In this document: one piece after another, positions 46,998-56,364 of the stretch
Position numbering within the stretch: position 1 is the stretch's first letter
Layout of the letters: each line of letters starts with the position of its first letter
DNA from: Thermovibrio sp.
Lineage (GTDB): Bacteria; Aquificota; Aquificia; Desulfurobacteriales; Desulfurobacteriaceae
Reading direction: 5' to 3'
Length of the DNA: 64,000 nucleotides
Assembly (NCBI GenBank): GCA_015490195.1
Contig: WFYG01000005.1
Span: 1,478 to 65,477, forward strand
Made by a program: the position numbers and the translations under genes
The notes under the pieces: generated by a model
Databases searched by the model: none
What the model saw: the letters and a program-made list of their open reading frames with translations, nothing else
What the model was told of the DNA's origin: nothing

Positions 46998-47369
46998 ATG
47001 TTTCAAGAGTTCTGTTCTGGTAACAACGTTGTTTGTGTTACGGATGAACTTGAGGGACAGATTAGAGAGCTTGATAAAAGGGATAGGAAGCGGGTTTTAC
47101 AGTATCTCTACAGGCTGGCAGACCGGTTTCCAAATAAGCCTGAGCAGTGGCGGAAGTTAAAGGGAAGCGGATGTGAAGATGTTTTTGAGCTTAAGCCAAA
47201 GCCTTACAGAGTGGCCTGTCTGGTTTATCGGAAACGTTACATACTGGCATACTATCTGTGGAGGGTCCAGTCAAACAGAAGTAAGAGAAAATCTGATGAG
47301 ATAGGTAAAGCCTGTAGAATAGCTCAGGAGCTCAGAGATGGCTTTAAAAGATTTGTTGAACGAGTATAG
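46998..47369 (+). CDS. RelE/ParE-superfamily toxin (Gp49/HigB-like)
   Basis: It is small, and FELKPKPYRVACLVYRKRYILAYYLWR resembles the Gp49/HigB core. It is followed by an overlapping XRE-HTH gene in toxin-first order. Confidence 0.55.
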   Translation: MFQEFCSGNNVVCVTDELEGQIRELDKRDRKRVLQYLYRLADRFPNKPEQWRKLKGSGCEDVFELKPKPYRVACLVYRKRYILAYYLWRVQSNRSKRKSDEIGKACRIAQELRDGFKRFVERV

Positions 47370-47655
47370 GTTTGATGAAGAGTTTATATACGAGGGACTT
47401 CTTTTAGATATTTCCTCTCAATTGAAGAAGTTAATGGAGGAGAAAGGTATAACGAAAAAAGAGCTTGCAGAGAGAATGGGAGTATCCCCCTCTTACATTA
47501 CAAAAATTTTCGGTGGAAACAATATTTCTTTAAAAACAATTGCTAAAGTTCTATCTGCTCTTGAGGTTGATGCTACTCTTGAAATTAAAAAGAAGTCAGA
47601 AAATTCCACTGAAACTTCTGTGAATGATAAGAAGATTTTAGTTTTCATTGATTAA
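47338..47655 (+). CDS. XRE-family HTH antitoxin (HigA-like)
   Basis: ITKKELAERMGVSPSYITKIFGGNNISLKTIAKVLSAL is a canonical HTH_3 motif. Confidence 0.7.
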   Translation: MALKDLLNEYRFDEEFIYEGLLLDISSQLKKLMEEKGITKKELAERMGVSPSYITKIFGGNNISLKTIAKVLSALEVDATLEIKKKSENSTETSVNDKKILVFID

Positions 47656-47667
47656 TTTAGGTAAATA

Positions 47668-48162
47668 ATGAAAAAAGCGCTTTTCTTAGACAGAGATAAT
47701 ACTCTTATTTACGACCCCGGGTATATACACGAGCCGGAAAAGGTAAGGCTCTTGGAGGGGGTTCCTGAAGGATTGAAGCTCTTAAAAGATGCCGGGTTTC
47801 TTTTGGTTGTTGTCTCTAACCAGTCTGGTATTGGCAGAGGGTATTTTGAGGAAAAGGATTTCTGGGCTGTTAATGAAAAACTGCAGGAGCTCCTCAAACC
47901 TTACGGCGTTCAAATAGATGCCTTTTACTTCTGTCCCCACAGGCCGGATGAAAACTGCAGCTGTAGAAAGCCAAAAATTGGAATGGTTGAGAGAGCCGCT
48001 GAAGAATTGGGAATAGACATTTCTGAGAGCGTTGTAATTGGGGATAAAGATTCTGACGTTGAGCTTGCTTTTAACTGCGGCTGTAAGGCCGGCGTTAAGG
48101 TGGGAGCTCCCCCCTTTAAAAATTTCCTGAAGGCCGCAGAGTTCGTTCTCAGCCTATATTAA
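47668..48162 (+). CDS. gmhB: D-glycero-beta-D-manno-heptose-1,7-bisphosphate 7-phosphatase (HAD-IIIA)
   Basis: FLDRDNTLI, VVSNQSGIGRGYF, the zinc site FYFCPHRPDENCSCRKP, and GDKDSD are present. Confidence 0.85.
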   Translation: MKKALFLDRDNTLIYDPGYIHEPEKVRLLEGVPEGLKLLKDAGFLLVVVSNQSGIGRGYFEEKDFWAVNEKLQELLKPYGVQIDAFYFCPHRPDENCSCRKPKIGMVERAAEELGIDISESVVIGDKDSDVELAFNCGCKAGVKVGAPPFKNFLKAAEFVLSLY

Positions 48163-48188
48163 CTCCCAAACTTTTGGGAGGTTTCCAC

Positions 48189-49355
48189 TTGAAGCTCTAC
48201 TCCCGCATAAAGACAAAGCCTGAAGACTTCATTGTTGAGGAAATTCCAAACCTGAAGCCGGGAGAAGAAGGGAAGTTCCACTTTGTTGAGCTTGAGAAGA
48301 GAGACGTTTCAACCTTAGAGGCTTTAAGGGTTATCTCAAGGTTTCTGAAAATTCCTTTAAAAGAGATAGGTTTTGCCGGGCTTAAAGACCGGTATGCCAT
48401 TACAACTCAGTATTTAACTGTTCCAGCCTCTTACGAAATTTCAGACACCTGCTTCAGGTTCACCGGAAAGTGGCAACAGGTTGACTCCTTAGATTGGAAC
48501 AGGGAATCGGGCTTCTGCATAAGGGTTCTTGAGAAGGTTAACAGGCCTCTGACTCTGGGAGACTTGAAGGCCAACAGGTTTACGATAACTGTCCAGAACT
48601 TTGAGAAGAACCTGAGGGAGCGGTTTTACAGGAACTATGAAATAGTTAAGCGCTACGGCTTTCCAAACTACTTCGGAGAGCAGAGGTTCGGAAGTGTTAA
48701 GAGCAGGGATGACTTCGTTCTCAGGTATCTTTTAAGGGGAGACTACGAGGGAGCTCTCCGGAGCTACTTCTTCGGCAAATCAACAATAGATTTCTGGGGA
48801 GACTGGAGGAAACTCTATAAAACCCTTTCTCCTACTCTGGAGGAGTATGAAAAGGACTTAATCAGAGGTTTAATGAGGGGGCTAACTCCTGAAAAGGCTT
48901 TTAGAATTCTTCCCAAAAACGTTCGCCTCATGTTCAACTTTGCCTACCAGAGCTTCCTCTGGAACGAGGTTTTGAGGGAATACATAGAGGAAAAGTATCC
49001 CTTCGTTCGGGTTCCCTTCATAAACAACTGGAAGCTGAGCTACTACTTAGAAGTTTACGATATAAACCACCTGAGAAAGCTTGAGATTCCCTATACAGGT
49101 CGGGAATTTCCGCCGGAAGATAAAGTTCTAAAGAGAGCTTTCAGAAAGGTTTTCAAAGAATACGGTGTGAAAGAGGAGTGGTTTAACAGGGAAGTTGGAG
49201 GAATGGTCGTTATGACAGATGGCCTCAGGAAGGCTGTTGTTTTCCCTGAAGGCTTTAAGATTTTAGAAAAAACGAGGAGCCGGATAAAGCTTCAGTTCTC
49301 GCTTCCCTCCGGCTCCTACGCTACAGTTCTTCTTCGGTTTCTCCTTAAAGGGTAG
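48189..49355 (+). CDS. truD: tRNA pseudouridine(13) synthase TruD
   Basis: PEDFIVEEIP, GLKDRYAITTQ and YFGEQRFG match TruD. The TTG at 48189 follows GGGAGG. The ORF-track start at 48174 is 5 codons upstream. Confidence 0.85.
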   Translation: MKLYSRIKTKPEDFIVEEIPNLKPGEEGKFHFVELEKRDVSTLEALRVISRFLKIPLKEIGFAGLKDRYAITTQYLTVPASYEISDTCFRFTGKWQQVDSLDWNRESGFCIRVLEKVNRPLTLGDLKANRFTITVQNFEKNLRERFYRNYEIVKRYGFPNYFGEQRFGSVKSRDDFVLRYLLRGDYEGALRSYFFGKSTIDFWGDWRKLYKTLSPTLEEYEKDLIRGLMRGLTPEKAFRILPKNVRLMFNFAYQSFLWNEVLREYIEEKYPFVRVPFINNWKLSYYLEVYDINHLRKLEIPYTGREFPPEDKVLKRAFRKVFKEYGVKEEWFNREVGGMVVMTDGLRKAVVFPEGFKILEKTRSRIKLQFSLPSGSYATVLLRFLLKG

Positions 49356-49995
49356 CAAGTATTGACTCTGCGTTGTCCTCTGCCAAGAGGCAGCTCTCTA
49401 CAAGGTCTTCCTTTGGAAGGTTTGAAAGGAGTTCCGGCACCTCTACTGGTTCTCCTGATGTCAGTTTATCGCAGAGGGGGAGGAGCTCCCTCGCCGCAAC
49501 CTTTAACTTTCCCAGCATACTTGAGTCGTTAAGAATTCCATTTATTACGTACTCTGAAACTCCTGCCTTCTCAAGGACTTCCTTTATTGCATCGCCAATT
49601 TTCCTGTGGACGCTGTCTAAAATTCCAATCATGAAAGCCTCATCGTCGTGCTCCGGCATTAATCTCTTTGCCAGTTCCCTCATAAGGTAGGCGAACTTGA
49701 GAACCTGTTTTATCTCTTCTTTACTTGCGTTTTTTAGGAAAGAGGAGGTTAAAAGGATAAAGACGTAGTCTTTCAGGTTTCTGTATCCAAGGTAGGCTAT
49801 GGCCTGAACTATAGATTTAATCTCCTTTCTGAGCCCAAAGTAGGGTGAGTTTATGAACTTCAAGAGTTTTGCAGAGAGGTTGGGATCCATACTCACTATC
49901 TGGGCTATTGTGTTAAGCTCTTCCCCCTCCAAAAGAGCGTTGATAAGTTTCAGCATTACCTCTCTTTTCAGTTCCAGCCTTTCTATTTCTGACAT
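49345..49995 (-). CDS. HDOD-domain signalling protein
   Basis: IVSMDPNLSAKLLKFINSPYFGLRKEIKSIVQAIAYLGYRNLK is the HDOD core. It is a paralogue of the adjacent gene. Confidence 0.7.
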   Translation of the reverse strand: MSEIERLELKREVMLKLINALLEGEELNTIAQIVSMDPNLSAKLLKFINSPYFGLRKEIKSIVQAIAYLGYRNLKDYVFILLTSSFLKNASKEEIKQVLKFAYLMRELAKRLMPEHDDEAFMIGILDSVHRKIGDAIKEVLEKAGVSEYVINGILNDSSMLGKLKVAARELLPLCDKLTSGEPVEVPELLSNLPKEDLVESCLLAEDNAESILATL

Positions 49996-50007
49996 CTTTC
50001 CTCCCTT

Positions 50008-50652
50008 TTAGATAATTTCTGCTATCTTCTGTGCCTCTTCCTGAGATTCAAGGCAGCTTCCTACAACGATTTCTCTTTTTAATCTGTCGTCTGGGAGTTT
50101 AAAATTTTTATCTCCGTTTATTATTCTGTCACACCAGGGAAGGAGTTTTTCTGTAAGGACTTTTACCTTTCCCAGAGGAGAAGAATCCCTCCTTAAACCT
50201 TCTAGTACAGCTCTTGAAACGCAAACTCTTTCCAGTTCTTTTATCAGTTCTTCTCTTTTTTCATCGTAAACCTGACTCAGTATTCCGACGAGGAAGGCGT
50301 CGTCTTCCAGGTTAAGTTTCTTGAAAACTCTTTTTGCGATGGCTTTATTCAGGTAGGCCAGTTTTAGAGTTCTGAGGAGCTCCTCTTTACTTTTATCCTT
50401 TAGGGTCGCAGAGAGTAAAAGGGCGAAAGCTATCTCCTTAAGTTTTCTGTAGCCTATGTAGGCCACTGCGTCCTCTACCGAGTGTATTTCCCTTCTGAGG
50501 TTGCAGTAAGCAGAGTTTACAAACGTTAGTAATTTGGCGGTAAGGTGGGGATCTGCCGAGATAATTCTGGTTACTGTATCAAGGTTTTCCTCTTTCATCA
50601 GAGCTTCAATCAGCTTTAGCAAAACAGTTCTGCTTATCTTTTCCTCTTGCAT
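50008..50652 (-). CDS. HDOD-domain signalling protein (tandem paralogue)
   Basis: IISADPHLTAKLLTFVNSAYCNLRREIHSVEDAVAYIGYRKLK is collinear with 49345..49995. Confidence 0.7.
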   Translation of the reverse strand: MQEEKISRTVLLKLIEALMKEENLDTVTRIISADPHLTAKLLTFVNSAYCNLRREIHSVEDAVAYIGYRKLKEIAFALLLSATLKDKSKEELLRTLKLAYLNKAIAKRVFKKLNLEDDAFLVGILSQVYDEKREELIKELERVCVSRAVLEGLRRDSSPLGKVKVLTEKLLPWCDRIINGDKNFKLPDDRLKREIVVGSCLESQEEAQKIAEII

Positions 50653-50654
50653 CT

Positions 50655-51989
50655 CTAAACCCTGAAGGCAGCGTAGTAGAAGCCGTCTGTGTTATCCCTG
50701 TGGGGAAAGAGACGAAGCTCCCCGCCTCTTGCCCTCTCCTTTAAAGGTTCAGGTATCTTCTCAAACTCTGCTGTTTTAAATCCCATCTTTTTAGCAAACT
50801 TCCTATTTTCCTCTCCCTCTTCTTTCTCTAAAGAGCAAACGCTGTAGACAATAACGCCTCCCGGCTTCAGCAGATCTTTTGCAGATAGAAGCAGCTCCCT
50901 TTGTATCCTCTGATTGTGCCTTATCAGCTCCATGCTCTTGTTCCACTTTCCTTCAGGATGTCTCCTTATAACTCCCGTTGCGCTACAGGGGGCGTCTATC
51001 AGGATTCTATCAAAGCTCCTGTGGAACTTTTCTCTGAAGGAATCGTCTCTTCGTATGTCTGTAATTATCGGTTCAACGTTTTCTATTCCCAGCCTTCTGC
51101 AGTTTAATTTGAGGAGCTCCATCCTTTCTCTGCTTACGTCAACTGCAACAACTCTTGCTCTGTCTTTTGTTAGCGAGGCTATTGCTGTTGTCTTACCCCC
51201 AGGGGCTGCTCCAACGTCTAATATCAACTCTCCCGGTTTTGGGTTTAAGAGGTATGCGGCCATGTAAGAGGCAGGATCCTGAACGTAGAAAAGACCCTCT
51301 TTGAAGCCGGGGAGCTCCTCAACAACCACCCTTCCCTTAACCCTTACCATGTGGGGAATAAACGGATGGGGTTCTACCTCTATTCCGTTTTCCTGAAAGA
51401 GTTTAAGGAGCTCTTCTGCTGTTGTTTTTAAGAGGTTTACCCGAACAAAAAGTGGCGCAACCTTGTTGAGGGAATCTAAAAGGGGAAGGAGCTCATCTCC
51501 GTAAAACCTGTGCCACCGCTTAACCATCCAGGTTTCAAAGGAGTAAAGTGTAGAAATCCTTTTATAAAAATCCTTTATCCTCCCAACCTTTTTCTTACAG
51601 TCAAAACCTATCAGCCTTCTGGAAACCGCATTTACGAACCCTGCCGGCTTTCTCCCTGCAAGCCTCTTAACGGCCTCAACGGTTTCATTTATAGCTGCGT
51701 ATTCGGGAACTCCCGTAAACATCAACTGATAAGCAACAAGCCTAAGGGCGTTCCTTACTGCACAGAGCTGTCTTTTTAGCTTTTTCCCTGTAGCTTTTTC
51801 TATACAGAAGTCAAGGAGTTTGAGGTAGCGAACGGTTCCAGAAACAAGTTCCCTTATAAATGCCCTATCAACAGGCTTGAACTCTTTTATCAGAGGTTCT
51901 AAGTGTTCCCTCAGCTTCTTATCATTCTCAAAGGCACAGAGAGCCTTAATAGCAATCTGTCTCGTCTTCCAGCCAGTCAACTTCGTCAA
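50655..51989 (-). CDS. rsmB: 16S rRNA (cytosine-C5)-methyltransferase RsmB/Sun
   Basis: A NusB-like N-terminus, DVGAAPGGKT, DAPCSATGVIRRHPE and the catalytic-Cys motif YSVCS are present. Confidence 0.88.
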   Translation of the reverse strand: MTKLTGWKTRQIAIKALCAFENDKKLREHLEPLIKEFKPVDRAFIRELVSGTVRYLKLLDFCIEKATGKKLKRQLCAVRNALRLVAYQLMFTGVPEYAAINETVEAVKRLAGRKPAGFVNAVSRRLIGFDCKKKVGRIKDFYKRISTLYSFETWMVKRWHRFYGDELLPLLDSLNKVAPLFVRVNLLKTTAEELLKLFQENGIEVEPHPFIPHMVRVKGRVVVEELPGFKEGLFYVQDPASYMAAYLLNPKPGELILDVGAAPGGKTTAIASLTKDRARVVAVDVSRERMELLKLNCRRLGIENVEPIITDIRRDDSFREKFHRSFDRILIDAPCSATGVIRRHPEGKWNKSMELIRHNQRIQRELLLSAKDLLKPGGVIVYSVCSLEKEEGEENRKFAKKMGFKTAEFEKIPEPLKERARGGELRLFPHRDNTDGFYYAAFRV

Positions 51990-52464
51990 AAACCTCCTCT
52001 CCCTTTAGTGCTCTTTCAATGAGCTCTGCAACCTCTTCAGGGGTTCTGTTTGTTGTGTCTATGTGGGCAATTTTCCAGTTTGAATTGCTCTCAAAAACTT
52101 CCGTTGCAATAACTGCCAGCCTTTCAGCCTCTGCGTTTTCTTTCAGCTTTTCCTCTGAGTATCCTCGGGGTTTCAGCCTTTTAACAATCACTTCAGGCCT
52201 TGCCCTCAAAACAACTATCAGGTCTGCCGGAATGTAATGGGCAACCAGCCCCTCTGCTATGAAGTTCTCCTTACCTTTGAAAAACTCCCGCAGTTTATCT
52301 ACATCTACAACGTAGGCATCTCTCTTTTCGTCAAACTCTGTGTAGAGCCCTTTTTCCTTTATTAGCTCACTGAGATTGTAGAGGGGAATTCCCAACCTCT
52401 TTGAGAGTATTTCCCCCACTGTGCTCTTTCCCGTTCCGGGAGTTCCAGTTATCGCTATTTTCAA
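51946..52464 (-). CDS. Archaeal/eukaryotic-type AK6/Fap7-like nucleotide kinase
   Basis: MKIAITGTPGTGKSTVGEILSKRLGIP...VVLRARPEVIVKRLKPRGYSEEKLKENAEAE is collinear with the archaeal Fap7/AK6 pattern. An acidic C-terminal tail follows. Confidence 0.62.
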   Translation of the reverse strand: MKIAITGTPGTGKSTVGEILSKRLGIPLYNLSELIKEKGLYTEFDEKRDAYVVDVDKLREFFKGKENFIAEGLVAHYIPADLIVVLRARPEVIVKRLKPRGYSEEKLKENAEAERLAVIATEVFESNSNWKIAHIDTTNRTPEEVAELIERALKGEEVFDEVDWLEDETDCY

Positions 52465-52521
52465 CTCACTTCTCCAAAAGGTTTGGGATAAAATTAGACC
52501 AAATTTTTCCAGGAGGCTCCT

Positions 52522-55500
52522 TTGCCAAAGAGGGAAGACCTTAAGAAGATTCTGATAATCGGCTCAGGTCCAATCCGAATAGGTCAGGCCGCAGAGTTTG
52601 ACTACTCAGGAACCCAAGCCTGCAAGGCTTTAAAAGAAGAGGGTTATCAGGTAGTTCTTGTAAACTCAAATCCAGCAACCATAATGACAGACCCCGATAT
52701 TGCAGACAGAACCTACATAGAGCCACTAACTGTTGAAGCCCTTGAAAAGATTATTGAGAAGGAAAGGCCGGACGCCCTCCTTCCCACTGTTGGAGGTCAG
52801 ACGGCCCTTAATCTGGCTGTGGAGCTCCACGAGGCCGGCATCTTAGACAGGTTCGGCGTTGAGCTGATAGGAGCAAAGATAGAGGCGATAAAGAAGGCGG
52901 AAGACAGGGAGCTCTTCAAAGAGGCGATGCTGAAAATCGGTTTAGAAGTTCCCCGGAGCGGCCTTGCCCACTCCTTAGAGGAGGCTATGGACGTTCTTGA
53001 CTACGTTGGCCTTCCTGCAATCATAAGGCCGGCCTTTACTTTAGGCGGAGAGGGAGGCGGCGTAGCCTACAACAGGGAGGAGTTTAAAGAGATAGTAAAG
53101 AGGGGATTAGACGCCTCTCCAATAAACGAGGTTCTCATTGAGGAGAGCGTTTTAGGGTGGAAGGAGTTTGAGCTTGAGGTGATGAGAGACCTCAACGACA
53201 ATGTTGTAATCATCTGTTCAATAGAGAACTTTGACCCTATGGGAGTTCACACCGGAGACTCAATAACTGTTGCTCCGGCTCAAACCCTTACAGATAAGGA
53301 GTACCAGCTCTTAAGGGACGCCGCCATTGCCATCATAAGGGAAATCGGTGTTGAAACGGGAGGTTCAAACGTCCAGTTTGCCGTCAACCCCGAAAACGGA
53401 CGGATAATTGTCATAGAGATGAACCCAAGGGTCTCCCGTTCATCTGCCCTTGCCTCTAAAGCAACAGGTTTCCCCATTGCAAAAATCGCAGCCAAGCTGG
53501 CCGTTGGCTACACGTTAGACGAGCTTCCAAACGACATTACGAAGAAAACACCAGCCTCATTTGAGCCTGCGATAGACTACTGTGTCGTCAAGTTCCCCCG
53601 CTGGGCTTTTGAGAAATTCCCCGAAGCCGACCCGACCCTTACAACCCGAATGAAGTCTGTCGGCGAGGTAATGGCAATAGGAAGAACCTTTAAAGAGGCC
53701 TTAAACAAGGCAATTCGCTCTTTAGAGATTGGCCGCTACGGCCTGACCCTGAAAGGAGCCTCCGAGCTCTCAGACGACGAGCTTGAGTCAAGAATTGCCG
53801 TTCCAAACGCCGATAGAGTCTGGTATATAGCCGAGGCCTTCAGGCGAAACTGGGATTTAGACAAACTCTATGACCTATCAAAAATAGATAAGTGGTTCCT
53901 GAACAACATAAAACAGCTTGTTGAAGTTGAGGAAGAGCTTAAAAAACACACGATTGAGACTGTTCCGGAAGATTTAATCAGGTGGGCTAAAAAGTGGGGC
54001 TTCTCAGACAGGGAAATTGCAAACCTTTTAGGAACAAAAGAAGATAAGGTCAGAGAGAAGAGAAAACAGATTTCTCCCGTTCTCTACAAAACGGTTGATA
54101 CGTGTGCCGGAGAGTTTGAGGCCTACACCCCTTACTACTACTCAACTTACGACGGAAGGGAGTGTGAGGCGAACCCCAGTAAGAAGGAAAAAGTCATTGT
54201 TTTCGGTTCCGGCCCTAACAGAATCGGTCAGGGAATTGAGTTTGACTACTGCTGCGTTCACTCTGTTTGGGCTTTAAGGGAGCTCGGCTATGAAGCCCAC
54301 ATGGTTAACTGCAACCCCGAAACCGTTTCAACAGACTACGACACGTCAGACAAGCTCTTCTTTGAGCCGTTAACTTTTGAAGATGCCCTTAACATCGTTG
54401 AGAAAGAGAAGCCTTTAGGCGTTGTCGTCCAGTTTGGAGGTCAAACTCCTCTTAAACTCTCCGTTCCCCTTGAAAAAGCGGGAGTTAAGATATTGGGAAC
54501 CTCATCTGAAAGTATTGACATAGCCGAAGACAGGGAAAGGTTCAGGGAGCTCCTTCAAAAACTCAACCTGAAACAGCCACCATCCGGAATTGCCCGCTCT
54601 TTAGAAGAGGCCGAGAAAATTGCCGAGGAGATTGGCTTTCCCGTTCTCATGAGGCCTTCATACGTTTTAGGCGGAAGGGCTATGAGGATTGTCTACTCAA
54701 TGGAGGAGCTCCGCCAGTACATGGCAGAGGCCGTTGAAGTTTCAGAGGAAAAGCCCGTCCTCATAGACAAGTTCCTTGAAGACGCCGTTGAGTTTGACGT
54801 AGATGCCGTTGCCGATGGAGAAGATGTAATAATCGGCGGTGTTATGGAACACATAGAGGAAGCGGGAATTCACTCGGGAGACAGCGCCTGCGTTCTTCCA
54901 ACCTTCTCAGTTCCCAAAGAGATAGTTGAGGAGATTAAAGAGATAACCAGGAAAATCGCCCTTGAGCTGAACGTAAAAGGCCTCATAAACATCCAGTTTG
55001 CCGTTAAAGATGGCGAAATCTACATCATTGAGGTTAACCCCAGGGCTTCAAGAACAGTTCCCTTCGTCAGCAAAGCGACAGGAATTCCACTTGCAAAAAT
55101 AGCAACAAAAGTTGCAATGGGTAAAAAACTCAGAGAGCTTGGCGTTAAAGAGGTAGAGCCAGAATACTACTCCGTTAAGGAGGCGGTATTTCCCTTTGAC
55201 CGGTTCCCGGAAGTTGACCCGGTTTTAGGCCCGGAGATGAAGTCAACCGGCGAGGTTATGGGAATAGATAAAGATTTGGGAATAGCCTTCTACAAGGCAC
55301 AATTGGCAGCCGGCTCAAGGCTTCCTTTAGACCCTTCCTGCGGTAAGGTTTTCATAAGCGTTAAAGACAAAGACAAGCCCAAAATTTTTGGAATTGCCAA
55401 GAAGCTTGCCGATATGGGCTTTAAAATAGTCTCTACTGAGGGAACGTATAAGTTCTTAAAGGAGAAAGGAGTTCCCGTTGAGCTTGTTTACAAAATTCAG

Positions 55501-55743
55501 GAGGGGAGAAGGCCAAACATCGGAGACCTTATCAAGAATGGAGAAATATGCCTCATTATCAACACTCCAACAGGAACAAAATCAAAGAAAGACGCCTACA
55601 GCATAAGGCGTTTGGCCGTTAACTACAAGATACCCTACTACACAACGGTCCGCGGGGCTCAGGCTGCCGTTATGGCAATAGAGTCCATGAGGAGAGCTAA
55701 TTTAGACGTTAAACCACTTCAGGAATACTACGGAGGGAAATAA
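52522..55743 (+). CDS. carB: Carbamoyl-phosphate synthase large subunit (full length, unsplit)
   Basis: At 1073 aa it has duplicated ATP-grasp halves ([19 protein letters not shown] / [18 protein letters not shown]) and a C-terminal MGS-like domain. Confidence 0.96.
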   Translation: MPKREDLKKILIIGSGPIRIGQAAEFDYSGTQACKALKEEGYQVVLVNSNPATIMTDPDIADRTYIEPLTVEALEKIIEKERPDALLPTVGGQTALNLAVELHEAGILDRFGVELIGAKIEAIKKAEDRELFKEAMLKIGLEVPRSGLAHSLEEAMDVLDYVGLPAIIRPAFTLGGEGGGVAYNREEFKEIVKRGLDASPINEVLIEESVLGWKEFELEVMRDLNDNVVIICSIENFDPMGVHTGDSITVAPAQTLTDKEYQLLRDAAIAIIREIGVETGGSNVQFAVNPENGRIIVIEMNPRVSRSSALASKATGFPIAKIAAKLAVGYTLDELPNDITKKTPASFEPAIDYCVVKFPRWAFEKFPEADPTLTTRMKSVGEVMAIGRTFKEALNKAIRSLEIGRYGLTLKGASELSDDELESRIAVPNADRVWYIAEAFRRNWDLDKLYDLSKIDKWFLNNIKQLVEVEEELKKHTIETVPEDLIRWAKKWGFSDREIANLLGTKEDKVREKRKQISPVLYKTVDTCAGEFEAYTPYYYSTYDGRECEANPSKKEKVIVFGSGPNRIGQGIEFDYCCVHSVWALRELGYEAHMVNCNPETVSTDYDTSDKLFFEPLTFEDALNIVEKEKPLGVVVQFGGQTPLKLSVPLEKAGVKILGTSSESIDIAEDRERFRELLQKLNLKQPPSGIARSLEEAEKIAEEIGFPVLMRPSYVLGGRAMRIVYSMEELRQYMAEAVEVSEEKPVLIDKFLEDAVEFDVDAVADGEDVIIGGVMEHIEEAGIHSGDSACVLPTFSVPKEIVEEIKEITRKIALELNVKGLINIQFAVKDGEIYIIEVNPRASRTVPFVSKATGIPLAKIATKVAMGKKLRELGVKEVEPEYYSVKEAVFPFDRFPEVDPVLGPEMKSTGEVMGIDKDLGIAFYKAQLAAGSRLPLDPSCGKVFISVKDKDKPKIFGIAKKLADMGFKIVSTEGTYKFLKEKGVPVELVYKIQEGRRPNIGDLIKNGEICLIINTPTGTKSKKDAYSIRRLAVNYKIPYYTTVRGAQAAVMAIESMRRANLDVKPLQEYYGGK

Positions 55744-56318
55744 TGGCTGAAGAGAAAAAGGAGGGACAGAATCAGGAGCAACCCCAGGTAATAGTTGGAA
55801 GTATGCCATACAGGGTTTCAATGGCAGAAGTAGATGCCTACGGCGTTATGTATTACTCAAGGTTCTTTGAGCTCTTTGAAAGAGGAAGAACAGAGCTCTT
55901 CAGGGCCTTAGGAATTGAATACAGACAGATACTCCAGCAGAAACAAATCCTCATGCCCGTTGTAGAGGCCGCCTGCAGGTACGTCGCTCCTGTTGTTTAC
56001 GACGACCTCATAACCCTTGAAACTGCAATAACGAACATAGGAACCAGGGGAATCAGGTTTGACTACAGAGTTTTAAGAGACGACGTTGTTCTGGCAGTTG
56101 GATTTACCCAGCACATCTTCATAGATCCTCAGGGAAGACCTGTTTCATTTGGAAAAGAGGTTGTGGAGCTCCTCAAGTCAAAAGGCATCATAAAAGACGT
56201 TCAGCTTGTTGAAGAGCCGGCAGGGGAGCAGCAGCCCTCTCAGGAAGGAATAACGGACAAGCTGAAAAAACTCATAACTGAAAGAGTTGAGAAAAATGAC
56301 GGCGGAACAACCAATTAG
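55743..56318 (+). CDS. 4HBT/YbgC-type acyl-CoA thioesterase with a C-terminal extension
   Basis: VDAYGVMYYSRFFELFERGRTELFRALG is a hotdog-fold YbgC-like motif. Confidence 0.72.
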   Translation: MAEEKKEGQNQEQPQVIVGSMPYRVSMAEVDAYGVMYYSRFFELFERGRTELFRALGIEYRQILQQKQILMPVVEAACRYVAPVVYDDLITLETAITNIGTRGIRFDYRVLRDDVVLAVGFTQHIFIDPQGRPVSFGKEVVELLKSKGIIKDVQLVEEPAGEQQPSQEGITDKLKKLITERVEKNDGGTTN

Positions 56319-56364
56319 CAGGTAAATTTTAAATTGGAGGGGGAGCTCCCCCTTTCCCGTTCTT

